From an uncultured cyanobacterium (GTDB taxonomy: Bacteria > Cyanobacteriota > Cyanobacteriia > Cyanobacteriales > CAWCAG01), in assembly GCA_963803805.1 (NCBI GenBank), contig CAWDOD010000011.1:384001-448000 (forward strand): a stretch of DNA of 64,000 bases, in the 5' to 3' direction. Each line of letters starts with the position of its first letter. The first letter of the stretch is position 1. The notes beneath the pieces are model-generated. The model was not told the origin of the DNA. It made no database searches and saw only the letters and a program-made list of their open reading frames with translations. Positions 48,850-58,675 of this stretch are shown here, one piece after another. The position numbers and the translations under genes were made by a program.

Positions 48850-48987
48850 TAAGCTAAGACGCATTTAAACTGGTATTGATCAAATCCACCTATTTTCCTC
48901 AACATCTTCACTATTACCTATTACCTATTCTCTTACAAACCAATTAAAAGCATAACAGCTTATATGGTTTAAATGTACATCAGCTTA
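48850..48987. mobile_element. Small inverted-repeat-bounded (MITE-like) element with internal heptamer array
   Basis: Left end taagctaagacgcatttaaac vs reverse complement of 48967-48987 taagctgatgtacatttaaac (16/21); a second right-end-like copy at 48939-48962; internal CTATTAC repeats. Confidence 0.5.
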
Positions 48988-49000
48988 GCAATAACAACGA

Positions 49001-50074
49001 ATGAACAATAACCAATCCCCTAAGCAAGCCGACGACTCCTTTCGCAGCGTTCATACCAAAAACTTCAGCAACATTCTCCAACAATTAAACATCTCCCTGA
49101 TCGTCTCCACCTACCAAGCGGGCAAAGTCATTCTCTTGCGGGAGGATGAAGGAAAACTCAACACCCACTTTCGCCTCTTCCGCAAACCCATGGGTATGGC
49201 GGCTAACAACACTCGTTTAGCCATTGGTACAGCTTACCAGGTAGTGGAACTCTACAATATGCCTGCTGTGGCTCAAAAACTTGAACCTGTGGGTAAACAC
49301 GACGCTTGTTACATCCCCCGCAACGTCCATATCACCGGAGACATTGACATCCACGAAATGGCTTGGGGCAAAGAGGAACTTTGGGTTGTTAACACCCGCT
49401 TCTCTTGCCTTTGCACCATCAACACAGAATATAGCTTTATCCCCCGTTGGCGACCTCCTTTTATCACTGGTTTGGGTATGGAGGATCGTTGTCACCTTAA
49501 CGGTTTAGGCTTGGTAGATGAACGTCCTAAATACGTCACTGCTTTAGGGCAAACCAACAACCCCCAAGGTTGGCGGGAAAACAAAGCTAACGGAGGCATC
49601 TTAATGGATGTAGGAAGTAACAAAATTATTTGTCAAGGTCTTTCTATGCCCCATTCTCCCCGTTGGTATGATAATCAACTTTGGGTTTTAGAATCAGGCA
49701 ACGGTACTCTAGCAACGGTAGACTTGCAAACAGGTAAATGGACAACAGTCGCAACTTTACCAGGTTTCACTCGCGGTTTAGCCTTTTATGGCCCCCTAGC
49801 CTTCATCGGTTTGTCTCAAGTTAGGGAAACGGCGGTATTTAGCGGCATTCCCCTCACAGAGAAGCCTACAGAACGCAATTGCGGGGTTTGGGTGGTGAAT
49901 ATTCAAACCGGAGAAACGGTCGCTTTCTTGCGCTTTGAAGGGGCAGTACAGGAAATCTTTGCTGTGGGGGTAATGCAGAACATCCGCTTCCCGGAAATCC
50001 TCGAAGGAGATGAAGAACGTCTTTCTCATTCCTATGCTTTACCAGAAGAGGCTTTGCGGGATGTTGAAGTTTAG
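49001..50074 (+). CDS. TIGR03032 (DUF4915) family protein
   Basis: STYQAGK, TGDIDIHEM, VNTRFSCL, EDRCHLNGL, GLSMPHSPRW, PGFTRGL, FIGLSQVRE. Confidence 0.92.
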   Translation: MNNNQSPKQADDSFRSVHTKNFSNILQQLNISLIVSTYQAGKVILLREDEGKLNTHFRLFRKPMGMAANNTRLAIGTAYQVVELYNMPAVAQKLEPVGKHDACYIPRNVHITGDIDIHEMAWGKEELWVVNTRFSCLCTINTEYSFIPRWRPPFITGLGMEDRCHLNGLGLVDERPKYVTALGQTNNPQGWRENKANGGILMDVGSNKIICQGLSMPHSPRWYDNQLWVLESGNGTLATVDLQTGKWTTVATLPGFTRGLAFYGPLAFIGLSQVRETAVFSGIPLTEKPTERNCGVWVVNIQTGETVAFLRFEGAVQEIFAVGVMQNIRFPEILEGDEERLSHSYALPEEALRDVEV

Positions 50075-50235
50075 CTAATTGCTAATTGCTAATGGCTATT
50101 TGCTAATGACTAACTGTTTTCAATAAAGATATCTTCAAACAAAGACTGCTTGACTCTGAAGTTTATTTTTATTAACCGTTGATAAAGATTATCCAAATCT
50201 TCAATATTTATTTTACCCTCCTTACTTATTTCAAA

Positions 50236-50477
50236 AACGAGCTTAAATCCCAATGCGACCCTACTACTAGGTCTATCTGCGACGATAGACTAACCTTGAA
50301 TTAACCAGCTAAAGATAAGCAACGAAGAGCGAAGCGGTTAGGAAGGGGTGTGGGGAAACACTTGTTTCCCCGCTGGGGGGTTTGGGGGGCTAGTCCCCCA
50401 ATAAAACTAATTCTACCAACAGATTGACTATAAGAAGGATTGGCGAGAAATGAGGGATACGAAAGTAGTTTATCTGT
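50236..50477. repeat. ~240-bp structured dispersed repeat, copy 2 (inverted relative to copy 1)
   Basis: Reverse-complement match to 26539-26777. Confidence 0.9.
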
Positions 50478-50536
50478 TTAGCTAGAGGCTTGGACACGAA
50501 AATGATTGGAATCAATTAGTGCTTGAAGCACCGATT

Positions 50537-50558
50537 AAAAAGAGAAAGTTCTCTTTTT
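50537..50558. terminator. Inverted repeat between the convergent TIGR03032 and ArsA-like genes
   Basis: aaaaagagaa-ag-ttctcttttt, perfect 10-bp inverted repeat, with smaller hairpins on both sides. Confidence 0.45.
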
Positions 50559-50635
50559 GTTCTAGCTTATTGAAAAGCTGAACTTAGTCAAGCGATCGCC
50601 TGAGTAAGTTCTTTTGTCATCAGCTAATCTTCCTT

Positions 50636-51733
50636 TTAAAAAGAAACTATTAAATAACCATCTTGAAACTTTGCACCTTTAACAGGACGGCCACTTAATT
50701 GAGGTGGTAGCTTGAGGTTGCGTCGTTGATCTCCTGCTTCAATGGTAATTTCTGGCCCATATTGGGTTAGTTTCACCTGCTTTTTCGCTAATCCCGGTAG
50801 AAACAAACGTACTTCACGAGTTGTTGTGTTGATTTCTACAGGTTTGGGAACTTGAGGAACTGTCCTTAAATTAGGTAAAGCGTCAATTAAGTTTTGCCAA
50901 TCATTTCCTTGGCGTTTTGGTAAAGGAGTTACCGTTAAAGGAGCAAACTCTGTGGCGATCTCATCTTTGGTTTCCCCTTGATTAAGCAAAGTTCCCCCCA
51001 CCGTTAAACCCACTTGTTGAGCGCTGCCCCAAAGATATTTCGCTGTGGCGATCGCAATGGGGTCATCATTGGTAACTAAATAAGCGACTACTCGGTTAGG
51101 ATCTGCTAAAGCGGCTTTGCCATCTTCTAACATATCACTAGCTTCATTAGTGGGTTCTTTAGCGAAATTATCTGCTGTCCAGCTTACATTGAGTATGGCA
51201 CTGCTTACCGGTTGAATAAAAGGACTAATCGCTTTTCCCACATCAGAATCAATAAATACCTGACGGAAGCGGCGAATATACCAGCTTAAACTTTCCGGAA
51301 TGCCCAACATCTTCAAGGTTGTCAAGTTCCCAGGGCCATCATAAATAATCACATCATATTCACCACCAGCATTGTATTCCCGAATCGCATTTAAAGCCAG
51401 GGCGCTATCCATCCCAGGTAAAACACTTAATTCTTGACCATAAACATTTTTTAAGGTCGGCGATCGCAAGTATTTCGCTTCCAACTTCTTAACTTCATCC
51501 CAACTGCGCTCTAACAGGGTTGTAGATTGTAATTGGACAACCTTGAGGTTTGGGGCTATTTCTTGGGGTTCAGAGGTTGTAGGAAGCCCCAGGAGGAGAC
51601 TAAAACCAGGGGTAGGGTCTTGTCCTGCCAACAGAACACGAGAACCTTGTGCAGAAAGCTGTTTAGCTGCGGCGATCGCTACTGTCGTGCAACCACTACC
51701 GCCTTTCCCTAAAAAAGTGAGTATTTGTGCCAT
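50636..51733 (-). CDS. ArsA/Get3 family ATPase-like protein with C-terminal HSP20-like domain (cyanobacterial type)
   Basis: LTFLGKGGSG; LPGMDSAL; C-terminal LFLPG..KKQVKLTQYGPEITIEAGDQRRN; ATG at 51733. Confidence 0.88.
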   Translation of the reverse strand: MAQILTFLGKGGSGCTTVAIAAAKQLSAQGSRVLLAGQDPTPGFSLLLGLPTTSEPQEIAPNLKVVQLQSTTLLERSWDEVKKLEAKYLRSPTLKNVYGQELSVLPGMDSALALNAIREYNAGGEYDVIIYDGPGNLTTLKMLGIPESLSWYIRRFRQVFIDSDVGKAISPFIQPVSSAILNVSWTADNFAKEPTNEASDMLEDGKAALADPNRVVAYLVTNDDPIAIATAKYLWGSAQQVGLTVGGTLLNQGETKDEIATEFAPLTVTPLPKRQGNDWQNLIDALPNLRTVPQVPKPVEINTTTREVRLFLPGLAKKQVKLTQYGPEITIEAGDQRRNLKLPPQLSGRPVKGAKFQDGYLIVSF

Positions 51734-51929
51734 GTCATTGTAGTTTGAAAAAATATAATTTTCAGGGCGCAAACCTTGCGCCCAAAGTGAGAAAGAAGTT
51801 TGTCTTTTCTAATAGCTAGTAGTCTATCAAAACTAAATTTGAGGATAGCTTAACTATCAAATATACTACCCCTAACCTCTGACCTCTGACCCGTCAATTT
51901 TCAATTGACAGACCACCAGTTACCAGATC

Positions 51930-52127
51930 CTATGATCCTACTTCTCTAAGTTCATCTTCAAAAAACCAAGTAGCGGAGTTATCTTCAAACTTCACCACTG
52001 CACCAACACCACTACCGTCAGTCATTTTGAAGTCCTTAATAACACCAACTTTACCCAGTTTTCCCAAGATGCCAGGTGCGACGCGATCTCTAAGACGGCA
52101 GACTTGTACTTTTTGCCCGATTTCCAT
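51930..52127 (-). CDS. petP: Cytochrome b6f-associated PetP (DUF2862)
   Basis: MEIGQKV.V.RLRDRV...KMTDGSGVG.VV.F...TWFFEDEL. Confidence 0.85.
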   Translation of the reverse strand: MEIGQKVQVCRLRDRVAPGILGKLGKVGVIKDFKMTDGSGVGAVVKFEDNSATWFFEDELREVGS

Positions 52128-52371
52128 TGCTAGTTTGTAGTTTAGTAAACAATTTTAAAGTTTACGGCAAAACATAGTCACTCAGGTAATTTGTTTTCGA
52201 GAGTATAAAATCCCAACATGATTTTAAGTAAAAAGATTGAGTTATAGGTGTAGTAGGCTACATTATTTTTAGCATAAAGGAGTGACAATAAAGGGTGGTT
52301 CCCCAAAAAAGGGGAAATGTCAATTAGTATTGTAAACGGCGACCTTTTGGATTGGTAGATGTTGGTGAGTT

Positions 52372-54066
52372 ATGAAACCTCGAATCATTGTCTCTGGCTT
52401 AGGTCGTACTGGTTATAAAATTTTCTGTTTATTGCGGCAACAGGGAGCAAATGTTGTAGCCATTAGTGACCGTTCTTTTCCTAGCGAACGTGGCGACGAC
52501 GTTATTATTGGCGATTTACGTGCAGCTTCTACCCTAATCACAGCGGGTATTCGGCAAGCTAACACCCTCGTTCTTTGTAGTGATGATGATGGGCTTAACT
52601 TAGCCATTTTAACTCAAGCAAGGGTAATTAATCCTCACATTCGCATTGTAAATCGTATCTTCAATGAAACCCTAGGAGAACGCTTAGACAAAATTTTACC
52701 CCATCACTTTTCCATGAGCGTTTCTGAATGGGCAGCTCCTATTTTTGCCTTTGCTGCTTTTGGCAGTCAAGCCATTGGGCAATTACAATTATTTAACAAA
52801 ACTTGGCCTATTTACGAAGAAATCATTGATGCTAACCATCCTTGGCTAGGAATGCCTTTAAGCCAGCTTTGGACTAGCTTGGAGAGGATGTTAATCTATT
52901 ACTTACCAGCTAGGGGTGAGAAAGACTTGGTTTCTGCGGTGGTAGATGGGGATAAGTTGGAGTTAGGGGATCATTTAGTTGTTGGCACTAAACCGAAAGT
53001 TAGTCGGAATCGTCGCCCCAAACCTTTAGCATTCTTCAAAGCTTTTAGTAACTTTGCTGAGTTTAGTCGTCATGGTCGTCCTATCGCCATCGTCATGATC
53101 GCTTTATTGGTAATGATTTTACTAGCTACTGTCACCTATGTCTGCGTTAACTTCAACACTTCCATAGTAGATGCCCTCTACTTCTCTGTAGGCATGATAA
53201 CCGGGGCAGGAGGGCAAGAACAAGTAGCGGAACAAGCACCCGATAGCATCAAGCTGTTTACAGCGATCATGATGATTGTCGGGGCAGGAGTAATTGGTAT
53301 TTGTTATGCCCTAATTAATGATTTCGTTTTAGGTAGTCGCCTCAAACAGTTTTGGGATGCAGCCAGGATTCCCCATCGCAACCACTATATCGTTTGCGGT
53401 TTAGGGGAAATTGGCATGAAAATTGTCCATCAACTCCTCAAACAAGGAGAAGAAGTGGTGGTAATTGAAAAAGATCATAACAATCGCTTTCTCCACACAA
53501 CCCGTTCTTTGGGAGTCCCTGTAATCATTGAAGACTCTCGCATTGCCAATACCCTCAAAGCCGCCAATATTGCCCAAGCTGCGGCAATTCTAGCCGTAAC
53601 TAGTGATGATATGGCTAATGTCGAAATTGCCCTTTGTGCCAAAGCAATCACTTCTCGCTTAACTGTAGTCGCCCGTAACCGAGAACCTCAGTTTGCTGAA
53701 TCTGTACAACAAGTATTTGGTTTTGACAATGTACTTTGTCCAACAGAGTTAGCGACACCTTCCTTTGTCGCAGCAGCTTTGGGTGGTCAAGTTTTAGGCC
53801 ATGGTATGACAGATGATCTCCTCTGGATAGCCCTAGGCACTCTGATTACTCCAGCTCATCCTTTTTGTAACAAAACCGTTCAGGATGCAGCAATGGATGC
53901 AGACTTTGTTCCTTTGTATTTAGATAGCAACAGCCAAACAATCCACGGCTGGAAACTCCTAGAAATTGTTCTTCAACCAGGAGATATTCTCTATTTAACC
54001 ATGCCTGCTACTGGGTTAGAGTTATTGTGGCGTGTTGATGATTCATTGCCTGTATTAAGTTATTAA
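52372..54066 (+). CDS. Potassium channel family protein with two TrkA-N (RCK) domains
   Basis: Two Rossmann motifs (IVSGLGRTG, IVCGLGEIG) flanking a TM/pore-like segment DALYFSVGMITGAG. Confidence 0.85.
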   Translation: MKPRIIVSGLGRTGYKIFCLLRQQGANVVAISDRSFPSERGDDVIIGDLRAASTLITAGIRQANTLVLCSDDDGLNLAILTQARVINPHIRIVNRIFNETLGERLDKILPHHFSMSVSEWAAPIFAFAAFGSQAIGQLQLFNKTWPIYEEIIDANHPWLGMPLSQLWTSLERMLIYYLPARGEKDLVSAVVDGDKLELGDHLVVGTKPKVSRNRRPKPLAFFKAFSNFAEFSRHGRPIAIVMIALLVMILLATVTYVCVNFNTSIVDALYFSVGMITGAGGQEQVAEQAPDSIKLFTAIMMIVGAGVIGICYALINDFVLGSRLKQFWDAARIPHRNHYIVCGLGEIGMKIVHQLLKQGEEVVVIEKDHNNRFLHTTRSLGVPVIIEDSRIANTLKAANIAQAAAILAVTSDDMANVEIALCAKAITSRLTVVARNREPQFAESVQQVFGFDNVLCPTELATPSFVAAALGGQVLGHGMTDDLLWIALGTLITPAHPFCNKTVQDAAMDADFVPLYLDSNSQTIHGWKLLEIVLQPGDILYLTMPATGLELLWRVDDSLPVLSY

Positions 54067-54120
54067 TTTGCTAATTGCTAATTGCTAATGGCTAGTTGCT
54101 AGTTGCTAATTGCTAATAGT

Positions 54121-54242
54121 GATATAAAATTCGGTTATTGACAACTAATATGAAATACTAAAAAAAGCTCACGTCCCCCTACTCCCTATTCCCTACTCCC
54201 TGCCCTTACCAATAACCTCTACTACTAACCGGATCTGATAAC
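54121..54242. mobile_element. Degenerate inverted-repeat-bounded element between heptamer arrays
   Basis: gatataaaattcggttatt vs reverse complement of 54224-54242 gttatcagatccggttagt (14/19); internal CTCCCTA-type heptamers; flanked by GCTAATT and CTGATAA arrays. Confidence 0.35.
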
Positions 54243-54252
54243 TGATAACTGT

Positions 54253-55092
54253 TTACTGTTCACTGTTTACTGATAACTGATAAATCTCCCGACGAGACAA
54301 AGAAGTCAACTCAGCAAGGTGGCGACTAGCTTGGGATCTTGTCATTCCTTGTTTTAATAGTTGTTGTAGTTCAAGTTTGAGTTCCGTTTCAGAAAGATTA
54401 AGGGTTGCAGTAGTTTCTGCACCAGCTACTACTAAAGTATATTCTCCCTTGGGTTGCCGTTGATTAGTATAAAGAGCGATCGCCTCTGTGATTGTACCTC
54501 GCCAAAATTCTTCGTGAAGTTTGGTTAATTCCCTAGCTACAACAATAGGACGACTTTTACCTAGAGTAATTTCTAGATCTTTTAGAGTTTGTAGTAAGTG
54601 ATGGGGGGCTTCGTAGAAAATCAGGGTGCGAGTTTCTTGTTTAATACTGTTTAATTGTTCTTGGCGAGGCTTGTTTTTGTAGGGTAAGAACCCCATAAAA
54701 ATGAAGCGTTCCCCAGACAATCCAGAAGCAGCTAGGGCAGTTATAACTGCTGTTACACCAGGGATTGGTACAACAGGAATTTCTGCTTCTATACAAGCTT
54801 TAACCAATTCGTAACCAGGATCAGAAATACTTGGCATTCCTGCATCCGTTACTAGGGCGATCGCCTCTCCTCTTTGTAAACGCTTTAGCAATTCTCGGTG
54901 GCGTTGTTGCTGGTTATATTTATGGTAACTAAGTTGGGGTGTGGTAATTTGGAAGTGTTGCAATAGCTTACCTGTATGGCGAGTATCTTCAGCAGCAATC
55001 AAATCTACACTTTGAAGGATGCGTACAGCCCGAAAGGTCATATCTTCTAAGTTACCAATAGGAGTACCGACGAGATAAAGAGTTTTAGACAT
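54253..55092 (-). CDS. rsmI: 16S rRNA (cytidine1402-2'-O)-methyltransferase
   Basis: LYLVGTPIGNLEDMTFRA, AEDTRHT, DAGMPSISDPG, FYEAPH, ARELTKLHEE. Confidence 0.96.
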   Translation of the reverse strand: MSKTLYLVGTPIGNLEDMTFRAVRILQSVDLIAAEDTRHTGKLLQHFQITTPQLSYHKYNQQQRHRELLKRLQRGEAIALVTDAGMPSISDPGYELVKACIEAEIPVVPIPGVTAVITALAASGLSGERFIFMGFLPYKNKPRQEQLNSIKQETRTLIFYEAPHHLLQTLKDLEITLGKSRPIVVARELTKLHEEFWRGTITEAIALYTNQRQPKGEYTLVVAGAETTATLNLSETELKLELQQLLKQGMTRSQASRHLAELTSLSRREIYQLSVNSEQ

Positions 55093-55138
55093 TGAACATT
55101 TATCATTTAACATCTAGCAGGATCTTGTGTTCCTCCTG

Positions 55139-56155
55139 TTACCCACTTTTAGTGGATTTAGAGGAGAGAAAGGGCATAATATCAGGGCCAGAAGGTATTA
55201 TTCCTCCGGGGTTAAGGGGAAAAAGATTACCGTAATAATCTCGTTTCACGCTGTCGAGATCACAAGTATCAGCAACCCCTGGTAACTGATAAATGTCTCG
55301 CAAATAAGGGCCAAGGTTTGCATAGTCTTGAATTCTGCGGCGGTTGCATTTGAATAGTCCGTAATACACTACATCAAAACGGAACAGAGTAGTAAATAAA
55401 CGCACATCCGCTAAAGTCAATTGTTTACCGCAGAGATAACGACTAGTTGCTAAAGCAGTATCAATTTCATCTAAAGTAGTGAAAAGTTCCTCACAAGCTT
55501 GGTTATACGCTTCCTGGGTTTGGGCAAAGCCGCAGCGATAGACACCGTTGTTAACAGCATGGTAAATTTTTTCATTCCACCATGCAATTTTTTCCTGCAA
55601 TGTCTCCGGATATAGATTGAGGTTAGGATTTGTTCCATAGTCATTAAATTGAGAGTTCAACATGATAATAATTTCTGCACTCTCATTATTCACAATCGTC
55701 TTGGTTTGGGTATCCCATAACACCGGAACAGTGCAACGCCCCTGATAACCTGGCTTAGCTAAATTGTATAATTGAGGGATAGTTTGACAACCTTCTTCTT
55801 CTTGATCAAATACCCAAATTCCCGCTTCAGCAGCAGGAGAGACAATGGACACAGGCACAACCTCTTCTAATCCCTTGAGAGTTCTTGTTACCAAGGTACG
55901 ATGCGCCCAAGGGCAACCTAGCCCTGCATAAAGGCGATAGCGTCCTTTCTGGGCAGGATAAGTTTCTGTGCCAACAGAGTTGCGAAACTGACTTTCTGGA
56001 CGAATGTAAGCCCCGGATTTGTTACGGGGGGCTAGTTGCGACATCATAATTTGCCACATGGTTGTCCAAGCGAATTTTCCCAGTTTGATAATAAATTTAC
56101 CGGGAAGAGATTTGCTTGACTTTTTTTGTTGTTTAAAAGAGTTGGGCTGAGGCAT
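55139..56155 (-). CDS. Glutathionyl-hydroquinone reductase (GST Xi/omega-like, YqjG family)
   Basis: CPWAHR, TVPVLWD, IVNNESAEII, NNGVYRCGFA, RFDVVY. Confidence 0.92.
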   Translation of the reverse strand: MPQPNSFKQQKKSSKSLPGKFIIKLGKFAWTTMWQIMMSQLAPRNKSGAYIRPESQFRNSVGTETYPAQKGRYRLYAGLGCPWAHRTLVTRTLKGLEEVVPVSIVSPAAEAGIWVFDQEEEGCQTIPQLYNLAKPGYQGRCTVPVLWDTQTKTIVNNESAEIIIMLNSQFNDYGTNPNLNLYPETLQEKIAWWNEKIYHAVNNGVYRCGFAQTQEAYNQACEELFTTLDEIDTALATSRYLCGKQLTLADVRLFTTLFRFDVVYYGLFKCNRRRIQDYANLGPYLRDIYQLPGVADTCDLDSVKRDYYGNLFPLNPGGIIPSGPDIMPFLSSKSTKSG

Positions 56156-56248
56156 TTATCATTTATCATTAAATATTTATCATTCCCTATCCTTGATTTT
56201 CCCAAAAAGGCTGCTTTGGGCATGAAGTAATTAAAGCAGTTCTTAAAT

Positions 56249-56632
56249 TTGTTTATGAAATTACTTAACCAAAAATCTAATCATCTCTCTGTCAAAGTTC
56301 TTGCTAGTATTTACGGCGCTATACTACTAACAATTTTAATTTTAGCTTATACTGGCAATCTACCTACTTGGTTAAGTCGCATACCTTATTACGATACCAT
56401 AGGGCATTTTGTTCTTTATGGAATTGCCACCTATTTAGGTCATCTAGTCTTCAAACACCGCAAACTCAAATTATTGGGTTATATTTTGCCTTTATGGCCA
56501 GTTTTATTTGGCTTTTTTACTATCGTAGAAGAGTTTATCCAAGGATTTTCTCCTAACCGTAGTTTGACTGTTTTGGATTTAGTGGCTAGCTTAATTGGTA
56601 TTTCCTTTGGTTATTGGTTAGCAAAAAAATAA
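56249..56632 (+). CDS. VanZ-like membrane protein
   Basis: DTIGHFVLYG, EEFIQGFSPNRS...DLVA. Confidence 0.8.
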   Translation: MFMKLLNQKSNHLSVKVLASIYGAILLTILILAYTGNLPTWLSRIPYYDTIGHFVLYGIATYLGHLVFKHRKLKLLGYILPLWPVLFGFFTIVEEFIQGFSPNRSLTVLDLVASLIGISFGYWLAKK

Positions 56633-56654
56633 CATTGCCAATCTTACCTATCGG

Positions 56655-57194
56655 CTATTTAACACACTTCGTCCCCTTCCTAGTCTCCCACTCTCCCTTG
56701 ATGTTAAACAAAACTAGGCATTGTCTTCCTGTACCTGCTTGGAGGGTAATACGCCCCAATTGTCCCCAGGAACCTCCATAACCAGCATTAGTATCAGCCC
56801 AACTAACTCGGTAAATTTTACCATCGTTGCCAGCGACACCACTCACGGTACGCAAAGTAGAGTTTTCTTCATCAATACTTACCCCTCGTGGTAAGTATTG
56901 CCAAGAAGTCACCGAGTCACAGTATTTGCCTTGTACTTGGGCATAAACTACCTGATTCGAGGCTGATTCTGCCATGCAGATAGTTGAGGGAATGTTGCCA
57001 CTATCCGTGGCATCAAGACGGGTTTCTTTCCAGAATTGAGACAACTCAAATATAGCAGCCCGAAGCTTAAATTTAGAGACAATTTGAAATATAGAAGGAA
57101 GAGCAATAGCAACAATAATTCCGATAATAATCATGACAATCATTACCTCGATTAGGGTAAACCCCCCTTGCTTGTCTGGTGGCTGCAATCTCAT
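56655..57194 (-). CDS. Prepilin-type N-terminal cleavage/methylation protein (FimT/GspH-like)
   Basis: GFTLIEVMIVMIIIGIIVAIALP prepilin motif. Confidence 0.9.
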   Translation of the reverse strand: MRLQPPDKQGGFTLIEVMIVMIIIGIIVAIALPSIFQIVSKFKLRAAIFELSQFWKETRLDATDSGNIPSTICMAESASNQVVYAQVQGKYCDSVTSWQYLPRGVSIDEENSTLRTVSGVAGNDGKIYRVSWADTNAGYGGSWGQLGRITLQAGTGRQCLVLFNIKGEWETRKGTKCVK

Positions 57195-57393
57195 CTAAGT
57201 AGAAATTTACTAGCTTGGCAATTAAAATTGCGATCGCTCCTACTATTTTGCATTGCTAGTTTATACCTGAAAGTTGCTAATTTTCTTCCATTAGAGTAAC
57301 AAACACAAGTATCTTTAGCAATAGTAAACCAGTATTACTAGTAATAAGACAAGACAACAGATTTATAACAAATTTGCCAGTTATGGGTAAAAA

Positions 57394-58380
57394 TTATCCC
57401 AAACCTAACTCCCGTTTCAATAAATTAATTGATTTAAAACCTATGTAATTCTCGCTACAAATCAACTCAGGATGACGGATTAAATCTTCTCTAGCATCTA
57501 AAATCGCCTTTTTAACTGAGTCGTAACTGGCGCGATCGCTAATAATAGTTTGTGCAGAACGTACTAAAGCATTAAGCTTATAACCATCAGTAACTTGAGC
57601 GCTCATAATCAAAATTTCGTCTCCCCTCAAACTATAAACCAAAATTTCGGCAATTTTGAGGATACCCGCACTCAGACTAACCAAACCCACACAACTACCC
57701 TTGGACAAAGTTTTAATGATATCCATTTCTTTGCCATAATCATAAATGTCCACAGGAATAACACGTACAGATTTAGGGGCCGCAATTTCCTCTGCTTCCC
57801 CAATAAAATAACGGCTAGTAACTACTGTGCCAGAGTGGGTTTGTTCTAATACCTTCTCTAATTCTTCCATAGGAACGAGTTGTACAGGAATGCCTAAAGA
57901 CTTTTCTAATTCATGTACCATTAATTCCCCCGCCCCTAAATCTCTTGAAGGTACGGTAACTAATACCCTAGCACTACAGCGCAAGCGCCAGTCAATTTCT
58001 GACAAAAATAAATCCCTGGCTTGAGTGAGGCTACAACCTTTAGCTAGCAATTCATCTAAACTTCTCTGGACTAACTTATAGGCTTCTTGGGGGTATTTAT
58101 CTAGCATAGGAGAACTTAACTGAGTTCCCCCTTCATGTCCTTGCGCCCTAACATAAATACCTGAACCTGCTTGAGACTCTACTAAGCCAGTTTCTTCTAA
58201 TTGGCGATACACCTTGCTGATAGTATTGCGGTGTAGCCCAGTAATCATCGCTAGCTGTCGGGTACTTGGTAGCCGATGTCCAGGGGGAAACTGCCGAGAG
58301 GCGATCGCAAACTGAATTTGGTCAAACAGTTGTTTGGAAGATGGTATTTCGCTGTCTGGCTGAATATTGAATTGAACCAT
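57394..58380 (-). CDS. plmA: GntR family regulator, PlmA type
   Basis: MVQFNIQPDSEIPSSKQLFDQIQFAIASRQ..PGHRLPSTRQLA..TGLHRNTISKVY; size and C-terminus (LLKRELGL) fit cyanobacterial PlmA. Confidence 0.88.
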   Translation of the reverse strand: MVQFNIQPDSEIPSSKQLFDQIQFAIASRQFPPGHRLPSTRQLAMITGLHRNTISKVYRQLEETGLVESQAGSGIYVRAQGHEGGTQLSSPMLDKYPQEAYKLVQRSLDELLAKGCSLTQARDLFLSEIDWRLRCSARVLVTVPSRDLGAGELMVHELEKSLGIPVQLVPMEELEKVLEQTHSGTVVTSRYFIGEAEEIAAPKSVRVIPVDIYDYGKEMDIIKTLSKGSCVGLVSLSAGILKIAEILVYSLRGDEILIMSAQVTDGYKLNALVRSAQTIISDRASYDSVKKAILDAREDLIRHPELICSENYIGFKSINLLKRELGLG

Positions 58381-58675
58381 TCTGCCAGTATTAACTGAGG
58401 ACTCTAAAACCATGATTGTAAGAGATTCTGCCCATAAATTAAGTGCCAGTCTTAAGTCTAGTGTAGGCTGATTAAACTAAGTTGAGTTGCGTTTGTAGGA
58501 AAAATTAAGCTAGTAGTTCAGTTAATAGGGAATAGGAAAATAGTCAACAGTCAATAGTTAATACAGCTTATAACTAGAGACAGAGTATTAAATACAACCA
58601 TAACTCTTCTTAGGAATGATGATTTGAACAACTAAGAAACCGCACAATGAGAATCTAGTGTTATCAAGAGAATCA

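Noticed and set aside
45861-50591. Absence of HIP1 sites as evidence of foreign origin
   Set aside because: A longer HIP1-free stretch (about 3000-10090) covers core genes such as recN, so a 4.7-kb gap is not informative.
55093-55113. MLNDKCS extension of RsmI
   Set aside because: Encoded by a heptamer repeat; the family N-terminus starts at ATG 55092.
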